DNA of 63,935 bases, the filler included, from Octopus bimaculoides (Eukaryota), in assembly GCF_001194135.2 (NCBI RefSeq). It is 4 parts of 3 records of this genome, joined end to end, with 100 filler letters (N's around TTAATTAATTAA, not from the genome) between each part and the next. Parts side by side here need not be neighbours in the genome. Positions count along the whole stretch, not along the records: positions 1 to 25,760 come from NC_069002.1; positions 25,861 to 44,023 come from NC_068986.1; 2 more parts are not named here. One strand, 5' to 3'. Positions within the stretch are counted from its first letter, which is position 1; the number at the start of each line of letters is the position of its first letter. Position numbers and translations under genes: made by a program. Below the pieces are notes generated by a model. It saw nothing but the letters and a program-made list of their open reading frames with translations. It was not told where the DNA came from and made no database searches. Shown piece after piece: positions 24,885-37,227 of this stretch.

Positions 24885-25300
24885 ATGTAATAATAATTGG
24901 CTCTTTTCGTCTATGCAGACGGTCAATTTAGCTTAGAGGTCACGTAATCGAACATATCAGGGGCTCCCTTTCTTGCAGCTTCTTTCACGGCTGATTCTTC
25001 CTATGATTGAAGCGCAGCTTCTGTCACAGTACTTCCATACCAAGAGTGTGGCTCAGCGCTCTGCATTTCTGTTGTTTTCCTTTCGCCGCTGACGCTTCTC
25101 GACATGTTTCTTTCTGTAGCTGCTCTCTAGAAGCAGTTCCTTCCTTCACCACAATCCTCCATGTTGTTCTGTCCTCAGCCCTCTCTTCCCAGATGCAGAC
25201 AACCACCTCACACTTGGACAAACTAGTTTTGCAAATGTCCTTGTACCTCGGTTTTGGTCTTCCTGTTGGTCTCTTTCCCTGGGACAGTTCTCTATAGGGT
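24885..25300 (-). mobile_element. 5'-truncated RTE-clade (BovB-like) LINE 3' end
   Basis: LYRELSQGKRPTGRPKPRYKDICK...WEERAEDRTTWR.VVKEG is a typical RTE C-terminus; ATT-repeat tail; possible ATTCTT TSD. Confidence 0.8.
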
Positions 25301-25760
25301 TAACCCTAATTCTTCATATAAACGTATATATATATATATATATAATATTTTTGTATATGTATGTGTATGTCATATTTTTATACTGTTATATCTACTTATA
25401 TTTAATTATGTCTATATGTTATTTATTTCTTTATTACCCACAGGAGGAAAAAACATAGCGGGGACAAACATGGATAAAGTCAATTACATCAATCCCAGTG
25501 CGTAGCTGGTACTAATTTAATCAAACCCCAAAAGATGAAAGCAAATTCTACCTCGCCTGAATTTGAACTCCGAACGCAACGGCAGACGAAATATCGCTAC
25601 ACTTTTCGTTCTATCTGTATGTATTATAGAATCATTTATCTTATTATCCCTAACTTTTAATCAATAGATAATATGTATATTTTTCCAGATAAATTCCATA
25701 TGTAAGTTGTGTTCATTGGTTGAGTGGTCTTTGTAGTGACCACTTAATAGTCATATAAAG

Positions 25761-25860
25761 NNNNNNNNNNNNNNNNNNNNNNNNNNNNNNNNNNNNNNNN
25801 NNNNTTAATTAATTAANNNNNNNNNNNNNNNNNNNNNNNNNNNNNNNNNNNNNNNNNNNN
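25761..25860. other. Artificial 100-bp scaffold linker (44N-TTAATTAATTAA-44N)
   Basis: Identical construct at 44024-44123 and 61293-61392; the 12-mer gives stops in all six frames. Confidence 0.95.
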
Positions 25861-26289
25861 ATACATAAACACACACATATTCTATTGTATTTCGGGATGG
25901 TCATTTTATTAATTAATTTTATTTTTTTTGCCAAATAAACACACACACTATACTTTTTTTCTTTTTTCCCCTTCACTCGTTTACTATTGCTATTTTATTA
26001 TTTCAACGCCTGTATATTGTCCGGAAATTTTTCGTCACACTTCTGTCACCTCTTCAGCGACATTTATCGTTTTCACGTGTGTTCTTGCTCCACTTACTCC
26101 ATTCTATTCTTCTAATATGTGTATCCTTATGTGGGCATGCGTTTGTTTCCTTGTTTGTGTGTGTGTGAGTGTGTGTATGTGTGTGTGTGTGCGTGTGTAT
26201 GTTTGTGTGTATGTATGTTTGTGCGTGTCTTAGTTTTTAGCAGCAGTGTGACCTTCCCCTCAGCCCCAACCCAATATATATTCTTTTAT

Positions 26290-26690
26290 TATTTTATTTG
26301 TTTCAGTCATTCGATTGCGTTCATGCTGAATCACTGCCTTTAGTCGAACAAATCAACCCCAGGAGTTACTCTTTGTAAGCCTAGTACTTATTCTATCGGT
26401 CTCTTTTGCCGAACCGCTATGTTACAGGGACGTAAACACACCAGCATCGGTTGTCAAGCGATGGTGAGGAAACAAACACACACATAAACATACACCCCCC
26501 CATAGATATAGATATATATATATACATTTACGACAGGCTTCTTTCAGTTTCGTCTACCAAATCCACTCACAACGCTTTGGTCGGCCCGAGTCTACAGTAG
26601 AAGACACTTGCCCAAGGTGCCACGCAGGTGGGGGGGATGAACCCGGAACCATGTGGTTGGGAAGCAAGTTTCTTACCACGCAGCCAAACA
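26290..26690 (-). mobile_element. Family C SINE
   Basis: Reverse complement of the full family C layout (tail, short microsatellite, CORE-like box, head). Confidence 0.85.
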
Positions 26691-27258
26691 ATTACATGAA
26701 AGAGCGTTGGTAGAAAGAAGATTGATTGCAGACGATTGATTGAACTTCCCTTTCTCAGTTGAAATCCAGATGGAATTGACTTTGCTTTTCATATCTCTAG
26801 AAACACGATTAGAATCAGAGATATAATGAAGTTGATTAAATCGTTTAAGCCTATCTTATTTAATTTTTGAGTTTATGGCCGCGCAAAGAAGCCAGCGGTT
26901 ATATTTTATATAAAATTGTATACGGTTTTGTTTTAAGTTTCATACTTTATTTAGAGTAATCACTTGTGTGTTGAGGACTTCACCGTCCTCTGTCACCGAA
27001 TGCAGTAGTCGTTGTCACATCAAATGGTGCAACAGCGCTGTAAGTGTTTCGGGGACTTCCTCTGCGACACCAAAGCCACTAGTGCTCACTCAGCGATGTA
27101 GGGGATAGAACTCACGCACAGCATCCGGTCTTTGTTCAATCAAATGTTGCGACTCGACTCTGGATCACATGTTTCTATCATCCTTAATACTCGTTTTTAC
27201 TGTACAACTCGTCCTTTCTCTTAAATCATGTGTAATGGCTTGCTTATAAACAATTTAC

Positions 27259-27312
27259 CGGCGCCTATTCTCGCCTTTGTAGCTTGTCGAAGACTATTGA
27301 GTATCAAGTATT
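27259..27312 (-). CDS. Candidate 54-nt internal exon
   Basis: Strong acceptor ttttttttttcctttaatgattttgtag, donor CCG|gtaaat; only the phase 1-1 frame is open: (E)YLILNSLRQATKARIGA. Confidence 0.3.
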
Positions 27313-28889
27313 CTACAAAATCATTAAAGGAAAAAAAAAAATTAATTAGAAGTCATCCAATGTGCCAGATATTTAATTTATTGATACCATGCCTATTATC
27401 AATTTCCAAACATTGTTGCTAATTCCATCGAACATTCTAAACTAAAGTGCATCAACCGTAAGGTTATGTTACCAATATTTCTGCGATTCTTCACCTAAAA
27501 TATGCTCTAATGGAACTACATCAGAAATTTCTATGTACAAATATTAAAAAGAATGCAATAATAATTATTGATAAACAAGAGAAACAAAAAGAAAAAAAAT
27601 GTTTGAATTAAATTAGTCACAAGACAGATACAATTAAAACGATATTTCCCATCAGTTACTGCCGAAATGTCTTCTCACTGAATCAATAATTTTCCACTTA
27701 CTCAATAACCCAGTCTTTGAAATTACAATTACATTAGTGTGTCTCCGAAATCTTTATGAAAGGAAAGCAAAGCGAAGCATAAGAACAGCCGAATTGTCTT
27801 GCACCGTTGTTTTAGGTGAACAGGCATTGACGCGACCAGCTTGCTAACTAGAAGCGCAACGGATAGTAAAATTATAATCAAGTAATTGATATTCCTCAGT
27901 TTAGTGAAAAACAAGTACTAATTATTAAGGATTAATATGGCACTTTAAATATTTTATTTATAAGTTATATATAAACATATGTACGTGCATAAAAATCATA
28001 GATTTAGTACCCATATATATANNNNNNNNNNNNNNNNNNNNNNNNNNNNNNNNNNNNNNNNNNNNNNNNNNNNNNNNNNNNNNNNNNNNNNNNNNNNNNN
28101 NNNNNNNNNNNNNNNNNNNNNNNNNNNNNNNNNNNNNNNNNNNNNNNNNNNNNNNNNNNNNNNNNNNNNNNNNNNNNNNNNNNNNNNNNNNNNNNNNNNN
28201 NNNNNNNNNNNNNNNNNNNNNNNNNNNNNNNNNNNNNNNNNNNNNNNNNNNNNNNNNNNNNNNNNNNNNNNNNNNNNNNNNNNNNNNNNNNNNNNNNNNN
28301 NNNNNNNNNNNNNNNNNNNNNNNNNNNNNNNNNNNNNNNNNNNNNNNNNNNNNNNNNNNNNNNNNNNNNNNNNNNNNNNNNNNNNNNNNNNNNNNNNNNN
28401 NNNNNNNNNNNNNNNNNNNNNNNNNNNNNNNNNNNNNNNNNNNNNNNNNNNNNNNNNNNNNNNNNNNNNNNNNNNNNNNNNNNNNNNNNNNNNNNNNNNN
28501 NNNNNNNNNNNNNNNNNNNNNNNNNNNNNNNNNNNNNNNNNNNNNNNNNNNNNNNNNNNNNNNNNNNNNNNTATATATATATATATGTATATATATGTAT
28601 ATGTATATACACAACAAAATAAATCAAGTGAATTTAACAAATGGCTGAAACTACCTAAATGGAATATTTCACTCATTCAAAATCTTGAAGATAAACAATA
28701 ATCTGTTTATCTGCATTAAGTCTGTTTGTTAAGGTCTGCCTTAGAGCTAAATAATTCTTTGTGGGTTTAGGCTCAAGGTTTACTATTTTCAAGCATTGGG
28801 TTAAGTCGATGAAATGTCGTATTTGAAAGGTAATAATAAAATGTTTCAGTTGTGTTAGAGAACTAATTTATTTATGATCCATGTTCATT

Positions 28890-29020
28890 TATGACGTTTA
28901 CCCATCAAAACCATTACCAAAGGCCCGCTTGATATTCTGTAGAGCTTCTGCAGCAGAGTGTACTCATACGAGAAAATCACTCAACGTAGTTCGGTTGTTA
29001 TTATTTTCATAAGGTCTGTG
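28890..29020 (-). mobile_element. Possible mariner transposase N-terminal remnant
   Basis: HSAAEALQNIKRAFG resembles the mariner HTH motif (GHSAAEA.RNI..AFG); short and interrupted by stops. Confidence 0.4.
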
Positions 29021-29629
29021 GGTACAAATTTTGTATAGCAATATTGTTGGGAAAGAAAAAGAGTCAAGATTAAATACAAGGTAGACATAATTGAGTCTTT
29101 AAATGACTGAAATAACAAGTTATTAAAAATGCAGCATTTTATGTGAAACAACCTAATACTTGACTGGTACTTTAAATTATCGACCTCGAAAGGATGAAAT
29201 TTGATCGCAGTTAGACTTAAACTGAGACTGTTATGTGTCAGAACAAATTCCGCAAAGCGTCTTTGTCAATGCTCAAACGATTTTGCCAGTTCTCTGCCTT
29301 CTTCTGCGTAAATAACACTCACAAAGTCACCTATGAAACGTTATGAGCGTTATGACTTCAAAACGAGGCTTTAGCCAAGAAACCACAACTTCGTTGATTC
29401 GTCTACCATTTTGACTGGAAAACATTTACGATTATTTATGCTGGAAATACGAAGAAAAAGCCAAATAGACAGCAAGCTTTGTTTTGTTGAGAGACCAGGC
29501 ATAGAATGTGTTACTCTTAGAATTTATGGTGTCTGAAAATGTCATTTATTGTTCTTGCTTCTCTACAATAGTCAGGAACAATGCCAAAACTATTCTATCA
29601 GCCGATCAATATTATACCTATCTCTTATG

Positions 29630-29830
29630 CGGTAATGTGGCAGAAATGTTAGCATGCCGAGCAAACTACTCAGCGGCATTTCATCTGCCTTTACGTTCTG
29701 AGTTCAAATTCCGCCGATGTCGATTTTTGCCTTTTATCTTTTCGGGGTCGATTAAGTAAGTACCAGTTGAGCCCTGGGATCGATGCAATCCCATCCCCAG
29801 AATTTGGTTGTCTTACGCCAAATTTTGAAT
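29630..29830 (+). mobile_element. Family B SINE
   Basis: GGCAGAAATGTTAGCATGCCG...GTTCTGAGTTCAAATTCCGCCG...GGGGTCGATTAAGTAAGTACCAG. Confidence 0.8.
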
Positions 29831-30039
29831 CCATTACTACAGCTGTCTTCATAGTAAGAAACGTTAAGGAAATCTGCTGCCAAACCAAGATTGCGCAGAG
29901 GTTCAAAATAAGAAGCTGTCTTCTTTCATGTAGACCTCTAATGACCTTAAGATGTAGTAGCATTCATGCAGTTACCGTATCAGTTCCTTAAAAGCAAGAA
30001 AGCTTCTATGCTTTCTCCCAACGAAACCATTCACGGCAT

Positions 30040-30402
30040 TTCTCACCTTCTTTCTTCTCTTCTCTCTCTCCCTCCTTTCTCTCTCGTTCTCCCCCTTCTC
30101 TCTCTCTCTATCTCCTCTCCCCTTCTCTCTCCCTCTCTTATCCCTTATCTCATTGTCCTCTTCTCTCTCTTCTCTCTCTCTCTCTTCTCTCTCTCTCTCT
30201 TCTCTCTCTCTCTCATCTCACCTTCTCTCTCCTTCTCTCACTCCTTATCGCATTCTCCCCCTCTCTCTCCCCCTCTTTCTCTCGTTCGACCGTCTCTCTC
30301 TCCCCCTCTTTCTCTCGTTCGACCGTCTCTCTCTCTCTCTCTCATTCCACTATATATATATCTCTCTCTCTCTCAATCTGTCTGTCTGTCTGTCTGTCTG
30401 TC

Positions 30403-30452
<50 letters not shown>

Positions 30453-30750
30453 TCTCTCTTTCTACTATCTATCTATCTATCTATCTATCTACCTCTCTCT
30501 CTCTCTCCCTCTCTCATTTGATGATGTAGCTGTTGGTCTTCCCGTACGTAACCAATACCTTCGCTACGAACACAAACATTGACCGATTACACCGTGTCTG
30601 CAATCCACAGACGCTGCCTGACTAAGATTTACCATGGAATATATTCCGGAGTGGGGAAAATCCGTGTCGTGTCTGGTGGCGGCAGAATTTTGTTCTTCGA
30701 CGATTTCGGGGTCATAATCCTATTCCGAAAGACACTACTACTACTATTAT

Positions 30751-30830
<80 letters not shown>

Positions 30831-31105
30831 TTACACCCTACCTACTGCTATGCGACAGAAACTTGTCTGCAGCTCTGAGACCAGACAGAAACATAAAATA
30901 TCTCACTTTTAGCTTCATAATGGTGTTCCGTGTATTTTTTTCTACTTTTCTTTTTTTTTTTGGTGGGGGTGGTGGTTGTGTCATCATTTACGTCTATTTT
31001 AACGACTTCCGTCGTCGTCGTACTCATAGTCGTTGACGTCATGATCATCTCCATCATCATCATCGTCATCATCATCATCATCATCATCAGCAGCATCATC
31101 TCCAT

Positions 31106-31136
<31 letters not shown>

Positions 31137-31246
31137 GACATCGTCGTCACAGTCGTCATCATCATCACCGACATCATCAGTATCATCATCTCCATAATTA
31201 TCATCATCATCATCATCATAATTATCATCATCATCATCATCATCAT

Positions 31247-31305
<59 letters not shown>

Positions 31306-32260
31306 CAGTCGTTATTGTCATTTACACTTTAATCCTTTTTCTCCTTCTGCATCTCCTCTTCTTCTCCACCTTCATCCCATTCCACTTCATTCTCCTCCTC
31401 CTCTACCTCCTCCCCACCTCTTCCACCCACCTCTTCCATCTTTTCGTCATCGTCGTCCTCTTCTTCTTCTTCTTCTTCTTCTTCTTCTTCTTCTTCTTCC
31501 TCCGCCCCCTCATCATCATCATCATCAACAACAACAACAATCCATTATCGTCTCCAACGTCGTTATCTGACACTGCTATTAATTACCCATGTTTAAAAGC
31601 GGTCCCCACAACCACCTCCCCACGACCATCGCCATCGACATGCCCCTCCTCCTCCTCCTCCTCTCGTCCCATCCCCCCACCAACCACGCCACCACCACCA
31701 CCACCAGCGCCGCCGCCGGCAACGTCATCACTATCGTCGCTATTAATCTAGGCATTCAATCTTATTACATTACCGTCAACACCAGAAATATCTCCGTTAC
31801 AATGGTGACAATAGCAACGGTGCTGGTGGTGGTAATTGGAGATGGTAGTGGTAGTGGTGGTGGTGGTGGTGGTGTTAATAATGCTGATAGCGGTGGTGAT
31901 GATGGTGGTGATGATAATGANNNNNNNNNNNNNNNNNNNNNNNNNNNNNNNNNNNNNNNNNNNNNNNNNNNNNNNNNNNNNNNNNNNNNNNTGTTAATAA
32001 TGCTGATAGCGGTGGTGATGATGGTGGTGATGATAATGGAGGTGGTGGTGGTAACTGGAGGTGGTAGTGGTGGTGGTGGTGGTGGTGGTGTTAATAATGC
32101 TGATAGCGGTGGTGATGATGGTGGTGATGATAATGAAGGAGGTGGTGGTGATAGGGGTGGAGGTGGTGGTGTTAATGAAAATCGTAGTGGTGGTGATGAT
32201 GATGATGATTATGATGATGATGATGAAGGCGATGATGACGATGACAACGATGATGAAGTT
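30040..32260. repeat. Large microsatellite block: CT-rich, (TAC)n, (ATC)n, (TTC)n, (GGT/GAT)n
   Basis: Direct inspection; a short unique island lies at ~30520-30735. Confidence 0.9.
30633..30719 (-). CDS. Candidate 87-nt exon in a unique CpG-containing island
   Basis: ...ggaatag acceptor and ATG|gtaaat donor; two open frames (DYDPEIVEEQNSAATRHDTDFPHSGIYSM or IMTPKSSKNKILPPPDTTRIFPTPEYIP). Confidence 0.2.
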
Positions 32261-32360
32261 GACAGATATAGTAGCAATATTGCTTATGACAAATATGTGT
32301 ATGTGTGTGTGAGTGTGTATTTATGTGTGTGTATGTATGTACGTATTTACGCATGTCCGT

Positions 32361-32439
<79 letters not shown>

Positions 32440-32444
32440 CATAC

Positions 32445-32775
32445 AGGAGTGGCTGTGTGGTAAGTAGCTTGCTTGCCAACCACATGGTTCCGGGTTCAGT
32501 CCCATTGCGTGACATCTTGGGCAAGTGTCTTCTACTATAATTTCGGGTCGACCAAAGCCTTGTGACTGAATTTAGTAGACAGAAACTGAAAGAACCTTGT
32601 CGTATGCACGTATGTATTCGCTTGACAACCGATGTTGGTGGGGTTATGTCTCGGCAAAGTCAACCGAACGAGTAAGTACCAGTCTTACAAAGAATAAGTA
32701 CTGAGGTTGATTTGTTCGACTAAAGGCGGTGCTCCAGCATGGCCGCAGTAAAATGACTGAAACAAGTAAAAGAAT
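32445..32775 (+). mobile_element. Family C SINE, internally deleted
   Basis: CAGGAGTGGCTGTGTGGTAAG head through GGCGGTGCTCCAGCATGGCCGCAG...GAAACAAGTAAAAGAATAAAAGAA tail. Confidence 0.85.
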
Positions 32776-33198
32776 AAAAGAATATATATATATGTGTGCA
32801 TACACATATAAACATATATTTCTTTTGTGGGGAGGAGGCTGTTCTGCGCGCGCAGGCAAATGTATGCACGCGTGCATGTGATGTATGCACATAATGTACA
32901 TCTCTACTTAAACACAATCTATATCTGCGCAGCCGCTGAGCTACGGGGACATAAACCTACCAACATATGTTGAGAGGTGGGGTTATGTGTGTGGAGACAA
33001 ACACAGCCACACAGTCATACCAACATGAATATATACATACATATATATATATATATAGGTAAGTGATAGGCTTGCCTCGATCCTTCAGGGGTAGTCTGAA
33101 GCATCCAAGCAACCAGGGGATAACCTCCACGTAATAAAACAACGTCTAACTAGTCCAACAATATTGCTTTTTCTTCTATTTGTTACTCCATTCTCCAC

Positions 33199-33235
<37 letters not shown>

Positions 33236-33236
<1 letters not shown>

Positions 33237-33385
33237 CGGGCTTTTTTCAGTTTCCGTCTAACAAATTCATTCACAAAGCTTTTGTCGGTTATAGAAGACA
33301 CTTCCCCAAGGTGCAAGTTGGACTGAACCCGGGACCATGTAGTTGATAAGCAAGCTGCTTACCACACAGCCACTCCTGCGCCTAT
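33236..33385 (-). mobile_element. Family C SINE 5' half
   Basis: ...CTTACCACACAGCCACTCCTGCGCC; similar halves at ~37505-37655 (-), ~39137-39305 (+), ~57200-57350 (+). Confidence 0.8.
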
Positions 33386-33825
33386 GTATGTAGACTGAGA
33401 CATATAGAACATATTGGCGGCTGCGCAGCGAAGGGAATGGCGTGACGGTGTATTTTGAGGTGTTATTGAAATGACTCTATTCTGTAAGTGAAGTTTTCTT
33501 GGATTGCCCTTTCACACATCTTTGATTGGACATCACTGACCGGTCATCGACTTTCTTACGCCATTGAAAACTCCATGCTAGTTGCAAGCATATATCTAAA
33601 TACATACATAAACGTATATATACACATGTATACACACGTATACACACGTATTGTATTAGCATTATCCTGCGTTTGAGAATACAATTATTTCTTTATCAGT
33701 ATCTTTCAATACATCTCAACGCTTCTAAAGCAACCTTTGTTTATTTTCATCGTAAGTTGAATGTAACGTTAGCGTCTTATTAAACTAGATTTATAAATCC
33801 TAAAATTGTAGAAGAATTCATTACT

Positions 33826-33899
33826 GGGCAGTTTAGCTTAAAGGTAAAGCACTTGACGTGTAATAACAGGGTTGTGAATTCGAGTCTCTTGGTTGGCCA
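33826..33899 (+). pseudogene. tRNA-like pseudogene, possibly Thr(TGT)-derived
   Basis: 74 nt; TTAGCTTAAAGGTAAAGC D-arm, GTGTAAT anticodon-like loop, GAATTCGAGTCTC T-arm; acceptor and anticodon stems poorly paired. Confidence 0.4.
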
Positions 33900-35149
33900 C
33901 CGACTAATTTTTCTGCAATATATGGGTAGTTTATCCTGTTCATGATATTGTATGAGCATTATCCTGCGTTTGAGAATAAATTATTTCTGTATCTTTCAAT
34001 ATATCTCAACGTTTCTAAAGCTTTTACTTTCATCGTAAGTTGAATTTAACATACACACACACATATATGTATGTGTGTGTAATATAGCTAAAGAAGATTT
34101 TGCTAGTTTCCAATGTTTAGTATCTATCCTATGCGTTTTATTTTTGCAATTAGTCACTCTTAATAAAGTGATTAATAAAAAAAATAAATAAATAAACTTC
34201 TCAAAGGACCAATTTTTCACACTTGCAGTTTGTGTCTAATCTAATTTGTCACCAATATGGCTGCCGCAGAATTTATTACACTTCATTTGTGATTCATCAA
34301 GTTCACTACTGTATTCTTGAATAAATACGCTAATTCCTTGCTACACGGTATGGCTAAACATGTAAATATACGAGAAGTTAATAGGAAATAGTCATTATAT
34401 AGTCATTGCTAACCAGATATTTTGTATCTAATGAATCATGACATGTGTATATATAACATGCATTCACATAAAGATAGACAATAAGGCCCGAGGAGAAAAA
34501 ATAAGTCAATAGATGAGAGAAAAGATATGAAAGAAAAACACACACACAAAATGTCGGCCAAGTTTTGACTTCGTGTTTTAATCATAGTGAGCGATTTACT
34601 TCGACTTTTGTCTGTCAGTCGGTTGTTATGAATAGCTTGGTCTTAAAATGGAATGTTGGCTATTGAACATGTCCGCCATATTTATTGAAATGTGCCAACT
34701 CATTTACGATAGATGTGACAACAAACAGACGAGCAGCAACAAGTAACGGACTGTACGTTTTCGTACGAGGTTGCATACTTTGATATTGGTACCATTACCA
34801 ATGTTGGTGTTGTTGTTGTTAATGATGTTATTTATTGATTGTTGATTTTATGTTTTATTTTAATCTCTTTCGGTTTTCTGTTTGTAATTTGTTGATTCAT
34901 ATTTTAGCATGGTTACGTCTAGGCGTAGTTTAGTGGTTAGATCACAAAATCAAGCTTTCAATTCCCGGTCCAGGCGATGAATTGTGCTCTTGAGCAACAC
35001 ACTTTGTTTCCTATTTCGTCCTGTTCATTTAGCTGTTCAACGCTCTTGAAAGTTTCTTACCAAAGTATAAATAATATTTATCTATTTATTTAAAATATAC
35101 CAAAGAGAAATTTCTTTCATTTATATAATTTTTCTTTTGAAAACTAGTA

Positions 35150-35472
35150 CAAATACCGAACCACTTATCCGGCAACCTTGGGCCCGGAGGTGGTCCGTAT
35201 TTCTGGATTTTCCAGATCTCTAGATTTTCCGGACTTCTGGACAAAGGCTAAATATATGCTGAAAATATAAAATAAATAACGAAAAGTAAAAAACAAAATT
35301 GTATAAGATATACAAATTAATACGTTTCTAAAGCGGGGTCTTTATTAAGCCAATTAAAAATGCTAAAACCAAAACAAAACGGCCGCGAAATTCAAAGCTA
35401 GCCTGTTTCAAAAATAGCCGGGTTTCTGGTAATTCCGGATTTCTGGATTCCGGGTAAGAGGTTCGGCACCTG
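35150..35472. mobile_element. Tc1/mariner (pogo/Tigger-like) MITE
   Basis: TA-flanked TIRs: TA|CAAATACCGAACCACTTATCCGG ... CCGGGTAAGAGGTTCGGCACCTG|TA; subterminal TCCGGA-like repeats. Confidence 0.75.
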
Positions 35473-35544
35473 TATTCATTTTCTATAAGCACAGCTCCAG
35501 CCATTGTGAAACCATTGCAACTATTAACATTATCACAATAGCTA

Positions 35545-35860
35545 CCACTGACACTCCGTTGGTGACGACGACGAGTGTTCCAGTTGATTTGAGCAACGGA
35601 ACAACCAGCTCCTGAAATTAATGCGTAAGTGGCTGAGCACTCCACAGACACGTGTACCCTTAACGTAGTTCGCAGGAAGATTAGGCGTGATACAGAACGT
35701 TACAAGGGTGGCCTTTTGAATTGCAGGTCCAAATCAGTTTGCCAGCTGAATCGATTGAAGCAACGTGAAATAAAGTGTCTTATACAAGGACACATCGCGT
35801 GCCGTGAATCGAACTCATGACCTTACGATCGCGAGCCGAATACCTTAACCACTAAGCCAC
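35545..35860 (-). mobile_element. SINE sharing the family A 3' tail but with a different head/CORE-like 5' half
   Basis: GCACTCCACAGACACGTGTACCCTTAA block as in family A; then GCAACGTGAAATAAAGTGTCTT and GAATCGAACTC (B-box). Confidence 0.7.
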
Positions 35861-37042
35861 GTGACGTCGCCAAATAGCTAGCATTACAATACTAGAGACG
35901 GTGCTCAATATACGAAACAGCTGTTTACATATTTATATGAGAAAGTGCAACACGCAAATGGAGGCTTCTCCGAATATTAATAGCAGTATAACAACGCTCA
36001 CGTGTATATATATATGTATATATANNNNNNNNNNNNNNNNNNNNNNNNNNNNNNNNNNNNNNNNNNNNNNNNNNNNNNNNNNNNNNNNNNNNNNNNNNNN
36101 NNNNNNNNNNNNNNNNNNNNNNNNNNNNNNNNNNNNNNNNNNNNNNNNNNNNNNNNNNNNNNNNNNNNNNNNNNNNNNNNNNNNNNNNNNNNNNNNNNNN
36201 NNNNNNNNNNNNNNNNNNNNNNNNNNNNNNNNNNNNNNNNNNNNNNNNNNNNNNNNNNNNNNNNNNNNNNNNNNNNNNNNNNNNNNNNNNNNNNNNNNNN
36301 NNNNNNNNNNNNNNNNNNNNNNNNNNNNNNNNNNNNNNNNNNNNNNNNNNNNNNNNNNNNNNNNNNNNNNNNNNNNNNNNNNNNNNNNNNNNNNNNNNNN
36401 NNNNNNNNNNNNNNNNNNNNNNNNNNNNNNNNNNNNNNNNNNNNNNNNNNNNNNNNNNNNNNNNNNNNNNNNNNNNNNNNNNNNNNNNNNNNNNNNNNNN
36501 NNNNNNNNNNNNNNNNNNNNNNNNNNNNNNNNNNNNNNNNNNNNNNNNNNNNNNNNNNNNNNNNNNNNNNNNNNNNNNNNNNNNNNNNNNNNNNNNNNNN
36601 NNNNNNNNNNNNNNNNNNNNNNNNNNNNNNNNNNNNNNNNNTATAAGGTAAGTATATATATATATGTGTATATGCGTGCATATATACATATATGCATAGC
36701 TATATTCTTATGCATGCACACACACATATATACACATGCACATACATACACATACCCACACATGCACATCAACATACACACAGACATGCACACAAGCACA
36801 TGCACACACACATGTACACACGCACATATATATATATAACTTCGTATCCATGTAAAATTTATATTAGTAGATATAATTGTACAAATAAACTTCGCTCGTA
36901 ATCAGTGTACCTACATCTCTCAATCTCTCTCTCTCTCTATTCATCTATCTATCTCTCTATATATGTATATACATGTGTGTTTGTGTGCGTGTGTGCGTGT
37001 GCGTGTGTGCGTGCGCGCGCGCGCGTAAGATAAACAACTTAC

Positions 37043-37086
37043 CATTCTCGTTAGCAAGGCCAAAATCGAGGGCGAAATTTGAAGGA
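37043..37086 (-). CDS. Candidate exon ending in a consensus donor (PSNFALDFGLANEN, or a 5' exon ending in ATG)
   Basis: ATG|gtaagt donor at 37042; weak acceptor ctaaaatag; DFGLA motif in frame. Confidence 0.2.
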
Positions 37087-37227
37087 CTATTTTAGCCCAA
37101 TGTTAGAACAGCTTTCATATTTACCGAAGATGCGCTTTCGAGTCACGGGCAATGGTCTCTCATTTTTTTTTTTGTTTCAGAGGGCATTTTTAACTCAATA
37201 TCTAAATGTTATTGTTTATAGCTCAAA

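Larger units (their letters stand above)
22451..25680. mobile_element. Composite long-inverted-repeat structure (arms ~22451-23375 and ~24040-25680) around a Penelope RT fragment
   Basis: The arms are reverse complements over ~0.9 kb, including the same family B SINE (22521-22755 +, ~25430-25600 -) and a (TA)n tract; the right arm carries two later insertions. Confidence 0.8.

Noticed and set aside
31589-32467. Gly/Asp-rich ORF with a repeated GGGGVNNADSGGDDGGDDN unit
   Set aside because: It is built from (GGT)/(GAT) microsatellite with a ~96-bp higher-order duplication, spans a gap, runs into (TG)n(TA)n, and has no convincing splice sites; not supportable as a biomineral or structural protein without RNA data.
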